Source of the DNA: an uncultured Candidatus Saccharibacteria bacterium
Lineage (GTDB): Bacteria; Patescibacteriota; UBA1384; DTJR01
Assembly: GCA_964487045.1 (NCBI GenBank)
Contig: CAZAOT010000001.1
Coordinates: 70,745 to 134,744, forward strand
Length of the DNA stretch: 64,000 nt
Reading direction: 5' to 3'
The notes beneath the pieces were generated by a model. That model was not told where the DNA came from, searched no databases, and saw nothing but the letters and a program-made list of their open reading frames with translations. Every line of letters starts with the position of its first letter. Positions within the stretch are counted from its first letter, which is position 1. The position numbers and the translations under genes were made by a program. This document shows positions 28,824 to 37,293 of this stretch, one piece after another.

Positions 28824-29483
28824 ATGTCGAGTAGTCGATTGTATTTCCGCGAAGAACCGCCGGTTGCGGAGGGTGTCTTGCCGTCGCTTGGCGGATCGGG
28901 CCTGAATATTCCGCCGGATGAGCTGGCGAGACGCCAGCGTTGTCGCGGCAATCACAAGGAGCTACCGAACCCGCAGAAGTACGGGTATCCGGTGAGCCTC
29001 GAGCACTGCGACTGTAACCGCTGCGAGGCGGTTGGGGACTGCAGCGCTCGCCTCGATGCTTTGCGTGCGATCTGCGCTGAAGCAATGGAGTTCGATAAGG
29101 AGACGATGCTCTTCTTCGCTGGATCCGAGGTCTGCCAGTCGTGCCGGTACTTCGCCGAGTGTTCTGCTCGGTCTGAGGCGCGGCGCAGTCACTGCGTTGC
29201 TCCTGAAGAGGAAAAGCCGAAGCCCAAGCGCCGACCTACGATTGAGGAGTGGCATGAGCGACATGCGCCGGCTGGCGGACCCGAGTTCTTCGGCTGGCCC
29301 TTGATCGAGTCATCGCTGGCTTGCCAGTGCTGCCCCGACTTGAAGGGTTGCCTGAAGGAAGTCGCACGCCAGAGCATGTGCGCTGACGGCAAGCCGAAGA
29401 AGGGCGATATTGAGACTCCCTTCGACCCCAGGCACCCTGCGTGTAAGGCATGTGGACACTGCGAAGCGCTTCGCGCAACGTAG
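28824..29483 (+). CDS. GC-rich Cys-rich orphan protein with repeated CxxC-x5-C motifs (putative Fe-S or Zn binding)
   Basis: SD GGAGG before ATG 28824; CNRCEAVGDC, CQSCRYFAEC, CQCCPDLKGC, CKACGHC; own promoter and hairpin. Confidence 0.75.
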   Translation: MSSSRLYFREEPPVAEGVLPSLGGSGLNIPPDELARRQRCRGNHKELPNPQKYGYPVSLEHCDCNRCEAVGDCSARLDALRAICAEAMEFDKETMLFFAGSEVCQSCRYFAECSARSEARRSHCVAPEEEKPKPKRRPTIEEWHERHAPAGGPEFFGWPLIESSLACQCCPDLKGCLKEVARQSMCADGKPKKGDIETPFDPRHPACKACGHCEALRAT

Positions 29484-29506
29484 GTGTGAACAACTAGAGT
29501 CTCCAA

Positions 29507-29538
29507 GGGTGGCGGGCCGCAAGGTCGGCCACCCGTTT
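29507..29538 (+). terminator. Terminator-like hairpin after the Cys-rich orphan
   Basis: GGGTGGC-g-GGCC-gcaa-GGTC-g-GCCACCC then GTTT. Confidence 0.65.
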
Positions 29539-29596
29539 ACATTCTGGATATTTATAAAATTTTTGATATGATATCTCAAGTCAAAAGATAAGTTTT

Positions 29597-29705
29597 GGCC
29601 TCATCATCTAGTGGTTAGGATACCATGTGATGATTTTTGACAATATTGATAAGTCTGGCGTTCCACCCGCCAGACGCATCCTGGACACTGCGGGATTTTC
29701 GAGGT
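29597..29705 (+). pseudogene. Interrupted or degenerate second tRNA-Glu
   Basis: 5' half GGCCTCATCATCTAGTGGTTAGGATACCA (29597-625), a 51-nt non-tRNA segment, then CATCCTGGACAC-T-GCGGG (29677-94). No intact T-arm. Confidence 0.6.
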
Positions 29706-29747
29706 GGTACTCGAAAATTATTTTAAAAAAATTAAAAAATAGCTGAA

Positions 29748-29822
29748 GGCCCCTTCGTCTAGTGGTTAGGACGTCAGGTTCTCATCCTGGCAACGAGGGT
29801 TCGATTCCCTCAGGGGTCACCA
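29748..29822 (+). tRNA. tRNA-Glu (anticodon CTC)
   Basis: Full cloverleaf: GGCCCCT/AGGGGTC acceptor, GTCT/GGAC D-stem, TCAGG-TTCTCAT-CCTGG anticodon arm, GAGGG-TTCGATT-CCCTC T-arm, encoded CCA. Confidence 0.97.
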
Positions 29823-29897
29823 GCTATTTTTTAATTCAGTCAGCTTGCTCTCCGTGCGGTTTGCGAGTGGAGCGCAAACCTAAATCGCTAAAGAATT

Positions 29898-29918
29898 CAC
29901 CCTAGGGGTGTTTTTTTT
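29898..29918 (+). terminator. Rho-independent terminator of the tRNA transcript
   Basis: CACCC-tag-GGGTG followed by T8. Confidence 0.7.
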
Positions 29919-29928
29919 GTTTATAAAA

Positions 29929-30132
29929 TCAAAGCGGCCAGGTTCCGACTCTTTTACCCGTGGGTAAAAGAGTCGGAACCTGGCCGTGTGTGGGTCCCCA
30001 ATGGCGCCGCTCGTGCATCTCATGCTTGAAGCATCTGCGCGGGCCGCCGGCGCCGGTGTCGCGCGTCTGCTTAACGCGGTCAAAGGTGGGGTTCCGTCGG
30101 AACGACGAGCCGATCGGAGGTCCATACTTCAT
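29929..30132 (-). CDS. Possible small basic GC-rich orphan protein (67 aa); may instead be an ncRNA
   Basis: Promoter TTGACA-N17-TAATAT (30260..30232) and SD GAGGAG 8 nt before the ATG. The ORF runs through the 25-bp hairpin. Confidence 0.35.
   Translation of the reverse strand: MKYGPPIGSSFRRNPTFDRVKQTRDTGAGGPRRCFKHEMHERRHWGPTHGQVPTLLPTGKRVGTWPL
29935..29986. repeat. Perfect 25-bp inverted repeat
   Basis: CGGCCAGGTTCCGACTCTTTTACCC-gt-GGGTAAAAGAGTCGGAACCTGGCCG. Confidence 0.95.
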
Positions 30133-30497
30133 GCTACCATCTCCTCTTGTGCTCCGGACGAACCGGAGTTAATGGGAACGAACATCCTCGGCTTTGACTA
30201 AGCTAGTCTCAGCTCAAGAATTAGTAGGCATATATTAGCAAAAATGCTCAAAATTGTCAACCCCTATAACTAAAATATATTGTCGCTTTAGCGACCCCGC
30301 TAACAAAAGTCGATTTTGCGCTTCGAGAGGCCGATTCTAGCGAAGCGATTTTCGGAGTGTCTCAGAAAGCAAAATCGTCTTTTGGGCGTGTTAGGGTGAG
30401 GAAAGTTTTGAAAACCTAGGGAATTTGCTCGCAACAAATCCCTGGGTTTTCAAATTGTCTGTTAGCTTTAGCTAACTAATTTGATATAATTAAATTA

Positions 30498-30713
30498 ATG
30501 AAAAATAGGTTGATTTTAGGTAGTAGCTCACTTCTGACAGGACTGGCGTTATTCTTTTTTGCTCTAAAAAGCGACCCATCAGCTCAGGCTGATGTAATTG
30601 CACTTGATCCGATGGCGGCCGCGCGATTTCAAATAGTTCTCTATGGCGGTATTCTGTTAGTGCTTATTTCTTTTGTCTTTTTCGTCTTGGCTGCAACTTC
30701 GTCAAAAGACTAA
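30498..30713 (+). CDS. Small two-TM membrane protein (71 aa)
   Basis: TGaTATAAT-N7-ATG; two hydrophobic helices. Confidence 0.7.
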   Translation: MKNRLILGSSSLLTGLALFFFALKSDPSAQADVIALDPMAAARFQIVLYGGILLVLISFVFFVLAATSSKD

Positions 30714-31978
30714 AGTCTGTAAAGATAGAACCAAAAAACTGATTTTGCCGGTATAGCTTCCTCTGGGAAGCTAATTTTCTTTAAGGCTACTCCAGATGAA
30801 TTTCCCGAAACGATATAAACTTCGCTAGATGCCTTCTTCTCGATAACTAATTGCCTAATTTTATACTTCTTGGCAAGTGTCTTCCCGTTTGAAAAATTAT
30901 ACTCGGAGTCATCGGTAATTTCCTTGTCTGAAGAATTGTAGAGTAAATTCCAGCCGATTGAAGGAGTAAGCGAGCTTTGTGAGTCAGTTGGGCTTGGGTC
31001 AAGCATTTTTTTGTCTTTATTGGAGCTGTATACGAGCGCGCCAGCATTTTGAGCAAATATTGATTGCGAGTCAGAACTTTTTATCCATTTTCCTCCAAGT
31101 AGCTGGTAAGCATCGAGGTTGTTTGATTCGAATAGATCATTTTTAGAGTTTTTTTCAAAACCAATTACACTCCAGCCCGGATAGAAAGTATATTTGCTAA
31201 TATTTGATAAAGAGGTGACCGAGGGGACTGCACTAGCTGTCTGTGATGGTGAAGGCGTAGACGAAACAGAAGTAGGAGGACTAGCTATAGGCGATGTTTC
31301 GGGGGATCTGGCAATAGAACTAGTGGGAGTGGGAGTCTCCTGAAAGGCTTTTTCTACCGAAAATGGGAGCATATTGCCTGAGGAAGCATCTTGCTCAACC
31401 TTAGGATCCTTTTCTAACTCAATTAGGCTAATACTCGATATATTTATTGTGCTTTCGCCCGAGAGGAAAATATAAAAATAATTGTCTCTAAAATTATCGT
31501 CGATATTAAAATATTTTTCGACTGTCGTTTCGTCTTTAGCTTCAGAGAGGGGATAAATCAGTGCATTTGGAGAAGAAACCCCGTTTTTTTGTATCCCAAA
31601 GTTCAGGATAGAAGATGGCTGAAAAATCGCAGTAGAATAGCTGATTTTTAGATGATAAGTTTTGTCCTTGCTTAAAGCAACTTTCTGGCTCAAAAGAGTA
31701 TAAGCATTGGCTTTATCATCTTGAGCGTTATTCTCAATGCGCAAAGTTGAGCTAACAACCTTAATGGAATTTAGCTCACTATTTGCTTTTTTGATCCATA
31801 CGTTGCTGTTTAATGACTCTTCCTTAAAATTAACATTTTTAAGAATTTGAACTTCAGGAGAAGATATATCAGCTGAGATCAGGCGGGAAATTTGGGGTGA
31901 CAGAAACAAAAGAAGTGCTAGCACACCCAAAATTGCCGCATATACAGGAAAATATTTGTTCAAATCCCGCTCCTTCAA
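30710..31978 (-). CDS. Membrane-anchored extracellular protein with a beta-sandwich-like domain, S/T/P linker and two GW(S/N) repeats
   Basis: N-terminal TM; LSQKVAL...TYHLKISY CBM-like pattern; PTPTSS linker; FYPGWSVIGF and PSIGWNLLYN. Confidence 0.7.
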   Translation of the reverse strand: MKERDLNKYFPVYAAILGVLALLLFLSPQISRLISADISSPEVQILKNVNFKEESLNSNVWIKKANSELNSIKVVSSTLRIENNAQDDKANAYTLLSQKVALSKDKTYHLKISYSTAIFQPSSILNFGIQKNGVSSPNALIYPLSEAKDETTVEKYFNIDDNFRDNYFYIFLSGESTINISSISLIELEKDPKVEQDASSGNMLPFSVEKAFQETPTPTSSIARSPETSPIASPPTSVSSTPSPSQTASAVPSVTSLSNISKYTFYPGWSVIGFEKNSKNDLFESNNLDAYQLLGGKWIKSSDSQSIFAQNAGALVYSSNKDKKMLDPSPTDSQSSLTPSIGWNLLYNSSDKEITDDSEYNFSNGKTLAKKYKIRQLVIEKKASSEVYIVSGNSSGVALKKISFPEEAIPAKSVFWFYLYRL

Positions 31979-32054
31979 TCCTTATGCTACAAGAACATTA
32001 TAGCTGATTTTGAGTAATTAATGATAGTTTAAAAATAATTTTTCTAATCTGTTA

Positions 32055-32083
32055 TTGCAAAATCTATCATTTAGATCTAATAT
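32055..32083 (+). promoter_or_regulatory. Sigma70-like promoter of orphan unit 32118-32646
   Basis: TTGCAA-N17-TAATAT. Confidence 0.6.
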
Positions 32084-32117
32084 AGCGCTTAAGAAGTACG
32101 TTCCTTTAAGGGAGGCG

Positions 32118-32150
32118 ATGTATCCTCAGGTAGCCGCAGCGTTTGACTAG
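32118..32150 (+). CDS. Putative 10-aa leader peptide MYPQVAAAFD
   Basis: ATG 32118 just after AAGGGAGG; stop TAG 32148-50, 24 nt before the next ATG. Confidence 0.3.
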   Translation: MYPQVAAAFD

Positions 32151-32174
32151 ACACTATTTCTACCGAGGTGTGTC

Positions 32175-32600
32175 ATGTCTGGCAGAAGAAAGAAGCCGTT
32201 TGCGCAAACGGGAGGAGAGGTGCTGGTCAGGTTTACTCCACCTGCAAGTGGAGTTCCGAGGACGATTGGCGAGACCGTAGATGGTGACAAGATCGTGGTC
32301 TCGCCGAATGCGATTCGACAGGCCAAAAGGGTCTGTGAACCCAAGGGCATCAGGCCGCCATTCTATCTCTGGCTTTTGAGCGAGTACATGGGCGATAGCC
32401 ACAAGATCAGGCTTCGCGGTTACGCTGTCAAGGTTAAGGCCACCCGAGGCCAGATCGACGACTTTGTCGCGAAGCGAGGCGATCCTCGTCTCCCAGACTA
32501 TCTGTTCGAGAAGCGCTTTGGGCCCAAAGCCGCGATCAGGCGGCGAAAGCGCTCTCGCAAGGCGGACGAGCTTCGCCGGAAGGCGCAGCGCCTTGCGTAG
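32175..32600 (+). CDS. GC-rich, highly basic orphan protein (141 aa)
   Basis: SD GAGGTG; Arg/Lys-rich termini; own promoter and closing hairpin. Confidence 0.7.
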   Translation: MSGRRKKPFAQTGGEVLVRFTPPASGVPRTIGETVDGDKIVVSPNAIRQAKRVCEPKGIRPPFYLWLLSEYMGDSHKIRLRGYAVKVKATRGQIDDFVAKRGDPRLPDYLFEKRFGPKAAIRRRKRSRKADELRRKAQRLA

Positions 32601-32617
32601 GGCGTACTGACTTCTTC

Positions 32618-32646
32618 TTGGCCCCGGCAGTATCTGCCGGGGCCAA
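32618..32646. terminator. Hairpin between convergent genes
   Basis: TTGGCCCCGGCAG-tat-CTGCCGGGGCCAA, perfect 13 bp. Confidence 0.75.
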
Positions 32647-32664
32647 CCTCATTATTAGATCTTA

Positions 32665-34158
32665 TTAGGCTGTTTTGGCAAACATATTCCAAATATCTAA
32701 AACGGTACTTCCAACTGAGGGGTTTGAAGTGCCCGATGATTGCTCTTCTGGATGTGTTGTCCTAGCTTCTGACCATTCTTCCGCGGAAGTATCATCAGAT
32801 GTTTCAGGTGGAGCGGAATATTGTTGCAAAAGCGTGCTGTACTCAGGAGAAGCAAAGCTTCTTGTCGCAAGGGTGAGAGCCGCGCCAGAGTTTCTAAATT
32901 TATTATTAAGAGCCTTTTGCCAAGTATCACTCAGGCGAAATAGCCCGGCCAGTTTATCGCTTTTAGAAAGTGCCTCGACAATTTGCGCCGGGGTAGATGT
33001 TTTTGGATCAATGTTGTAACGCTTCATTAACTCTTCTTTTGTGCTAACTCCTTCAGTTTGAAGAATTGTTTCAAAAAGCTGTTCACTATTATATGAAAAA
33101 TATCGTGCTCTAAAATCGATCAGGCTAGATGTGTTTTGTGCACCTTCGAGGAAGTGGGCGGTCATATCGGCCACAATTTCTTGAGCTGCGTGCATTCTAA
33201 GTTCCATTACTTTTTTTGGGTCGGTTTCGCTCTGAGAAGCTACAATTAAATCGCTAATATAGTTCCTAAAAAATGGCTTGGCTATTGTTGGATTAGCAAG
33301 AAGACTCAGAATTTCTTTAAGTTCTGGAGTGTCCGAAAAAGATTCGAGTCCAGAGTGGGGATTTTTAGCCGCTTCAAGAAAGCTAGTATATTTCGGTCCC
33401 CAGATTGAGAAAGCGGCCGCGTGGGCAAATTCGTGTCTAAGTAGGAAAGCCTTATCCGCGCCTTTTTCCTTGAAGAAATTATTATAAATAAAAATATTAA
33501 ATTTATTAGTTTTCTCGTCATAGGCAACATATGAATAAATATCAACGTTTTTATATTTTGCGTCTACTTCATCACCTGGAACGTCTTTGACAATGATCTC
33601 GCCATTTAGTATTCCAAGCATTTTTTCGCTTGATATCCGCTGATTTAAAATCATGCCATAAAAAGCTTCCCTGGCACTTTCAATTGTCTCAGCGGTCTGC
33701 TCAGCATTAATCTTGTTATCTATAAGCTTCTGATGAAGGGGAGCGATCAAGTTTGATTCAACTTGCATAAGTTGCTTAGCTAGTGCCTCGGGATTCTCCA
33801 CTGCAAAAACATCCTGCTTACTTTCGAGGTAGTTAACGAGAACTTCTTGACTGCAGCCGGTGCGGGTGAGCGCCTTGGCTAGATTCCTTGGCTCAAGGAG
33901 AGCAGCTTCGGCCGTACGTCTTTGATTTGCGACTTCTCTTTGGAGAACTCTTTCAAACTGCTCTTCTTGATCAATTTCGGGATCAGGATTAATTCTTTCC
34001 TCGGCTCTGAGCATTCTGAGAGAAAAATCTGATTCTTGGCTGGTTGGGATTGTTTCGATTGGCTGAGGCACTTGGTCTGTGTCATTAACGCCAGGAGACT
34101 CCATCGAAAAATCATCTTTTGAGCTATCTAATGTTGGTTCCTTCTCAGCGTTATCCAT
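32665..34158 (-). CDS. Hypothetical protein with an HExxH zincin-like motif
   Basis: FLLRHEFAH at 33435..33421 and downstream QEIVAD; no signal peptide; last gene of the operon. Confidence 0.7.
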   Translation of the reverse strand: MDNAEKEPTLDSSKDDFSMESPGVNDTDQVPQPIETIPTSQESDFSLRMLRAEERINPDPEIDQEEQFERVLQREVANQRRTAEAALLEPRNLAKALTRTGCSQEVLVNYLESKQDVFAVENPEALAKQLMQVESNLIAPLHQKLIDNKINAEQTAETIESAREAFYGMILNQRISSEKMLGILNGEIIVKDVPGDEVDAKYKNVDIYSYVAYDEKTNKFNIFIYNNFFKEKGADKAFLLRHEFAHAAAFSIWGPKYTSFLEAAKNPHSGLESFSDTPELKEILSLLANPTIAKPFFRNYISDLIVASQSETDPKKVMELRMHAAQEIVADMTAHFLEGAQNTSSLIDFRARYFSYNSEQLFETILQTEGVSTKEELMKRYNIDPKTSTPAQIVEALSKSDKLAGLFRLSDTWQKALNNKFRNSGAALTLATRSFASPEYSTLLQQYSAPPETSDDTSAEEWSEARTTHPEEQSSGTSNPSVGSTVLDIWNMFAKTA

Positions 34159-37100
34159 TTAGGCCTTTTTATTGCCAGCTGAAGATATATCTCCGATTTG
34201 CTGGTCAAATGATTTTCCATCTTTGGTCTCAGCGGATAGGATTGATTGGGCCTGTTTTTGATCGGAATCTATCTGATCAATGGATTTCATCGATTCATCC
34301 TCGTCTGTTTCAGGAACTTCTTTCTGATCATCTGGCTTTAGGGCGCTTGCCGGTTTTGTTACGGCAACTTCAGCGATTTGTCCCTCGATCGTTTTTCCTT
34401 CCTTGGTCTGTCCGGCCAAAATCCCACCAATCTGCTCGCTGATATGCGTGTCGAGTTGCTCTACAGCTTGAGTTGGATTACTTACGACGGTTTGCTCTTT
34501 TATCCCTGCCATCTTCATCTCGTCAATGGTGTTAACAACCTCTTCTCCTTTATCCTTGGTTCTTTCGATGTCTTCTACCGAAGGAGTAGCAGCGCCAGAT
34601 AGTGCCGTTCCTGGTGCGAAACTACTGACCTGCGAAACGGCTTTTTTTGCATCTTGGGGAGATGGGTTAGATGACAATGTTTTGACTGCTTGGGTAAGTT
34701 GGCCTTTTAGATCATCGAAGTTTCGGCTGCTGCCTGACTTGAAACTCTCAGAAACTTTTTGTACGACAGCTTTTCCAATAACTGACTTATCCTCTTTAAG
34801 AGCCTTTGAAATTTGTCCAATTGCATCTTGCGTAATATCCCTTGAATCAACGCTTTGTTTGATGGTGTTAACGATTTCTGGCGTGGCGGTGGTAGGCAGA
34901 TAGCGTTTTATTTGCTCAAACGGCAAACTGGGGTTCTGAGCGATCGCTACCGCAGTCTTGGCTGGAGTACCGGCGACTTGCAGAGTTTTAGCGATCGTCT
35001 CTTTGGACTTATTGTTTGTTTCTTTAAGCCTTTCGATATAGTAAGTCGCATTTTTGTCGAAATAAGTTTGATTTTGAGAATGAAGAGACTCAATAACCTT
35101 GCTAGTATTCTGGGTTGAAGTTGATAGGGGAGCTTGGCTTTCGAGATTAGCTCTGATTGCTGATTTTAAGTCGAGATAGCCAGAAGTGGCATCTTTATTG
35201 TCTTTCTCCATCTCAACTTTAAGCGCATTCTCATCTAGTGGAGATTTTTCAGAAGGTAAACCTCGCTTGAAATTGATGATTTTATTGTAGGCTGCTTCGG
35301 GATTCTTAAAATTAGTTTTTAGGTCTACGGGATTGATAATTCCTTGCTGCAGGGAAAGTTTGAGAACTTCTATTGGTAGCACATCGAGCATGCCTTTTTG
35401 CGCAAGAGACTTAACTGCCTCTGGATGAACGATGCGATTTTGATCTACAACTTTGGCCAAGCTAGTCACTTTGCGGGCGGCATCGGCGCGCATTAGCGCG
35501 CCTTGATTATCAAGAACCTGCCCGTTTTTATTTCTCAGCTCATTTACTATGTTTGTTTCGCGAAACAAAGATTGGTTGCTGGTGTTTAAAATTTTTCTGA
35601 ATGTTTGGGGCTTGATATCAGAAATGGTATTAACCAGCAATCCAGAAGGACGATCTAGGTTTGCTTTGTGAGCTTTAGCGCTGATACTTTCGACTTCGCG
35701 AGCATTTATTCCGCCAGTGCTTCGGTTGACGATTGACGAGAAGGTTCGGGCAAACGATCTTGTTTCTTCCTTGTTTGTCGTATTTGTAACGTTTCGGTTG
35801 AGGTTGCGATTGGTCGGAGCAATAATCGACTGGGCTGCCTTAGACTCCAGGATCTTATCTGTAACTACGCCGGCAGCATTTTGCTGTTTCACTTTTAGTT
35901 CGGCGTTAGCACCTTTGGACAAGCCAAGGTTGGCAGCTAAGGATGATTTGGAGAGGGATAAGCTTAGCTTCTTAATATCATTTTCGATCGTAAATGGCAG
36001 ACGAATTAAAAATATTATTACGGCGCTTTTTACTAAGATGCTTACTGCGAGCATAAGTCCGCCAGCCCCAGTTGGAGCCGAGACAGTATTCATAAGATAA
36101 AAAATAAAGTTTACTGCGGGGGTATAGAAAAGCGCGATTAGCATAATCGTCCACCATTTTCTAAATAATCCTTGGGTTTGCGGCATCACATAGCAAGCAA
36201 AAGCGATTGGTGAGATGACGGTAAGGATACCGACCACAATTGGTCGAAGCGCCAACACATATTCGAAGGCAAAAACGACGACCGAAGGAATGAAAATGAA
36301 AATCGTACCGAGTACGCCAGATACAAGAGAATATTTGTTGTCACTTGCGGCCGAACCCATAACGGTGCCACCAATATTGAAAATTACATTGAGCGCCTCC
36401 TGGCCCGCATTTACTGAATTGTAAACACCATGCAATCCGAGACTAGCTCCACCGCCCATGATGTTATAGAAAGGATGAACAGCGTTATAAGGAGAGAACA
36501 CTTGAAATTGATAGAGAAAATCGACACCACGCGAAAGGATAAAGATCATGTAGATTGCAAGATATCCGCCGATTAGGGCAATGATAAGATTGGGAAGCAT
36601 CCGCTTGACCGTATAGGTATTGATATCGATATGCAGAATATTGGCAAAAGCAATTAAAAATAATAGAATCAAGCCTAGTGAAACGGCGATCCCGCGAACT
36701 ATCCTAAAGCCAGAATTTACCCAGCCACCTGGGCCGCTATTATTTGGCTCTAGGTCGGCAGTTAACTGAGAATAATTTTTATTATCATAAATTCCACTAT
36801 TTGTTCCGGTCGATAGAAGTTTGCCTACACCAAAAATGTTGTTTCCACTGACTTTAAGCGGGCCGCCAGAATTATTTGTTCCGGTGCAAAGTCCTGTTGT
36901 TGATCCAGGTGTGGCGCTAAGCGGAGAGGAAAAAGTTATTGAGTTGTCATAGTTCGACATTCCAACGGCCTGGATAGTACAGGTAGAGTTGGTAGCAAAT
37001 TCGGCGGTTGCGGAGGCGGAGACGGAGATAATAGCGCAAAATGGACCTTGCAAAATATTTTCTTTTTGAAATCTGAACATGTCATTGCAGATTCCTGTAA

Positions 37101-37293
37101 AATCTTTAGAGCTTGTAGAAGTAGGCGCTGATGTAGATCCGGCTAGGGAAGTGGTTGACCAGTCTTTGAAGCCTGCGTTGTTCGCTCCAGCATTGCCCAC
37201 ATTGAACTCTGCTTTAGCTTTGCTGGAGAAAGAAAAAGATAATGCTAAAGCTAACACTAGAAAACTTAAGTATTTTATTTTAATCAAACCCAA
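34159..37293 (-). CDS. VirB6/TrbL-like polytopic membrane protein with N-terminal extracellular domain and long soluble C-terminal tail (1044 aa)
   Basis: Signal peptide; AFANILHIDINTYTVKRMLPNLIIA; LRPIVVGILTVISPIAFACYVMPQTQGLFRKWW. Confidence 0.65.
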   Translation of the reverse strand: MGLIKIKYLSFLVLALALSFSFSSKAKAEFNVGNAGANNAGFKDWSTTSLAGSTSAPTSTSSKDFTGICNDMFRFQKENILQGPFCAIISVSASATAEFATNSTCTIQAVGMSNYDNSITFSSPLSATPGSTTGLCTGTNNSGGPLKVSGNNIFGVGKLLSTGTNSGIYDNKNYSQLTADLEPNNSGPGGWVNSGFRIVRGIAVSLGLILLFLIAFANILHIDINTYTVKRMLPNLIIALIGGYLAIYMIFILSRGVDFLYQFQVFSPYNAVHPFYNIMGGGASLGLHGVYNSVNAGQEALNVIFNIGGTVMGSAASDNKYSLVSGVLGTIFIFIPSVVVFAFEYVLALRPIVVGILTVISPIAFACYVMPQTQGLFRKWWTIMLIALFYTPAVNFIFYLMNTVSAPTGAGGLMLAVSILVKSAVIIFLIRLPFTIENDIKKLSLSLSKSSLAANLGLSKGANAELKVKQQNAAGVVTDKILESKAAQSIIAPTNRNLNRNVTNTTNKEETRSFARTFSSIVNRSTGGINAREVESISAKAHKANLDRPSGLLVNTISDIKPQTFRKILNTSNQSLFRETNIVNELRNKNGQVLDNQGALMRADAARKVTSLAKVVDQNRIVHPEAVKSLAQKGMLDVLPIEVLKLSLQQGIINPVDLKTNFKNPEAAYNKIINFKRGLPSEKSPLDENALKVEMEKDNKDATSGYLDLKSAIRANLESQAPLSTSTQNTSKVIESLHSQNQTYFDKNATYYIERLKETNNKSKETIAKTLQVAGTPAKTAVAIAQNPSLPFEQIKRYLPTTATPEIVNTIKQSVDSRDITQDAIGQISKALKEDKSVIGKAVVQKVSESFKSGSSRNFDDLKGQLTQAVKTLSSNPSPQDAKKAVSQVSSFAPGTALSGAATPSVEDIERTKDKGEEVVNTIDEMKMAGIKEQTVVSNPTQAVEQLDTHISEQIGGILAGQTKEGKTIEGQIAEVAVTKPASALKPDDQKEVPETDEDESMKSIDQIDSDQKQAQSILSAETKDGKSFDQQIGDISSAGNKKA

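Noticed and set aside
28757-29579. Several overlapping alternative ORFs in the GC-rich patch, also at 29880-30201 and 32147-32692
   Set aside because: High GC lowers stop-codon frequency. Only the frames with matching promoter, SD and closing hairpin were kept.
28753-29822. Genomic island bounded by tRNA-Glu att repeats
   Set aside because: The partial tRNA differs by compensatory substitutions, lies only about 150 bp from the intact gene, does not bracket the orphan, and has no adjacent integrase.
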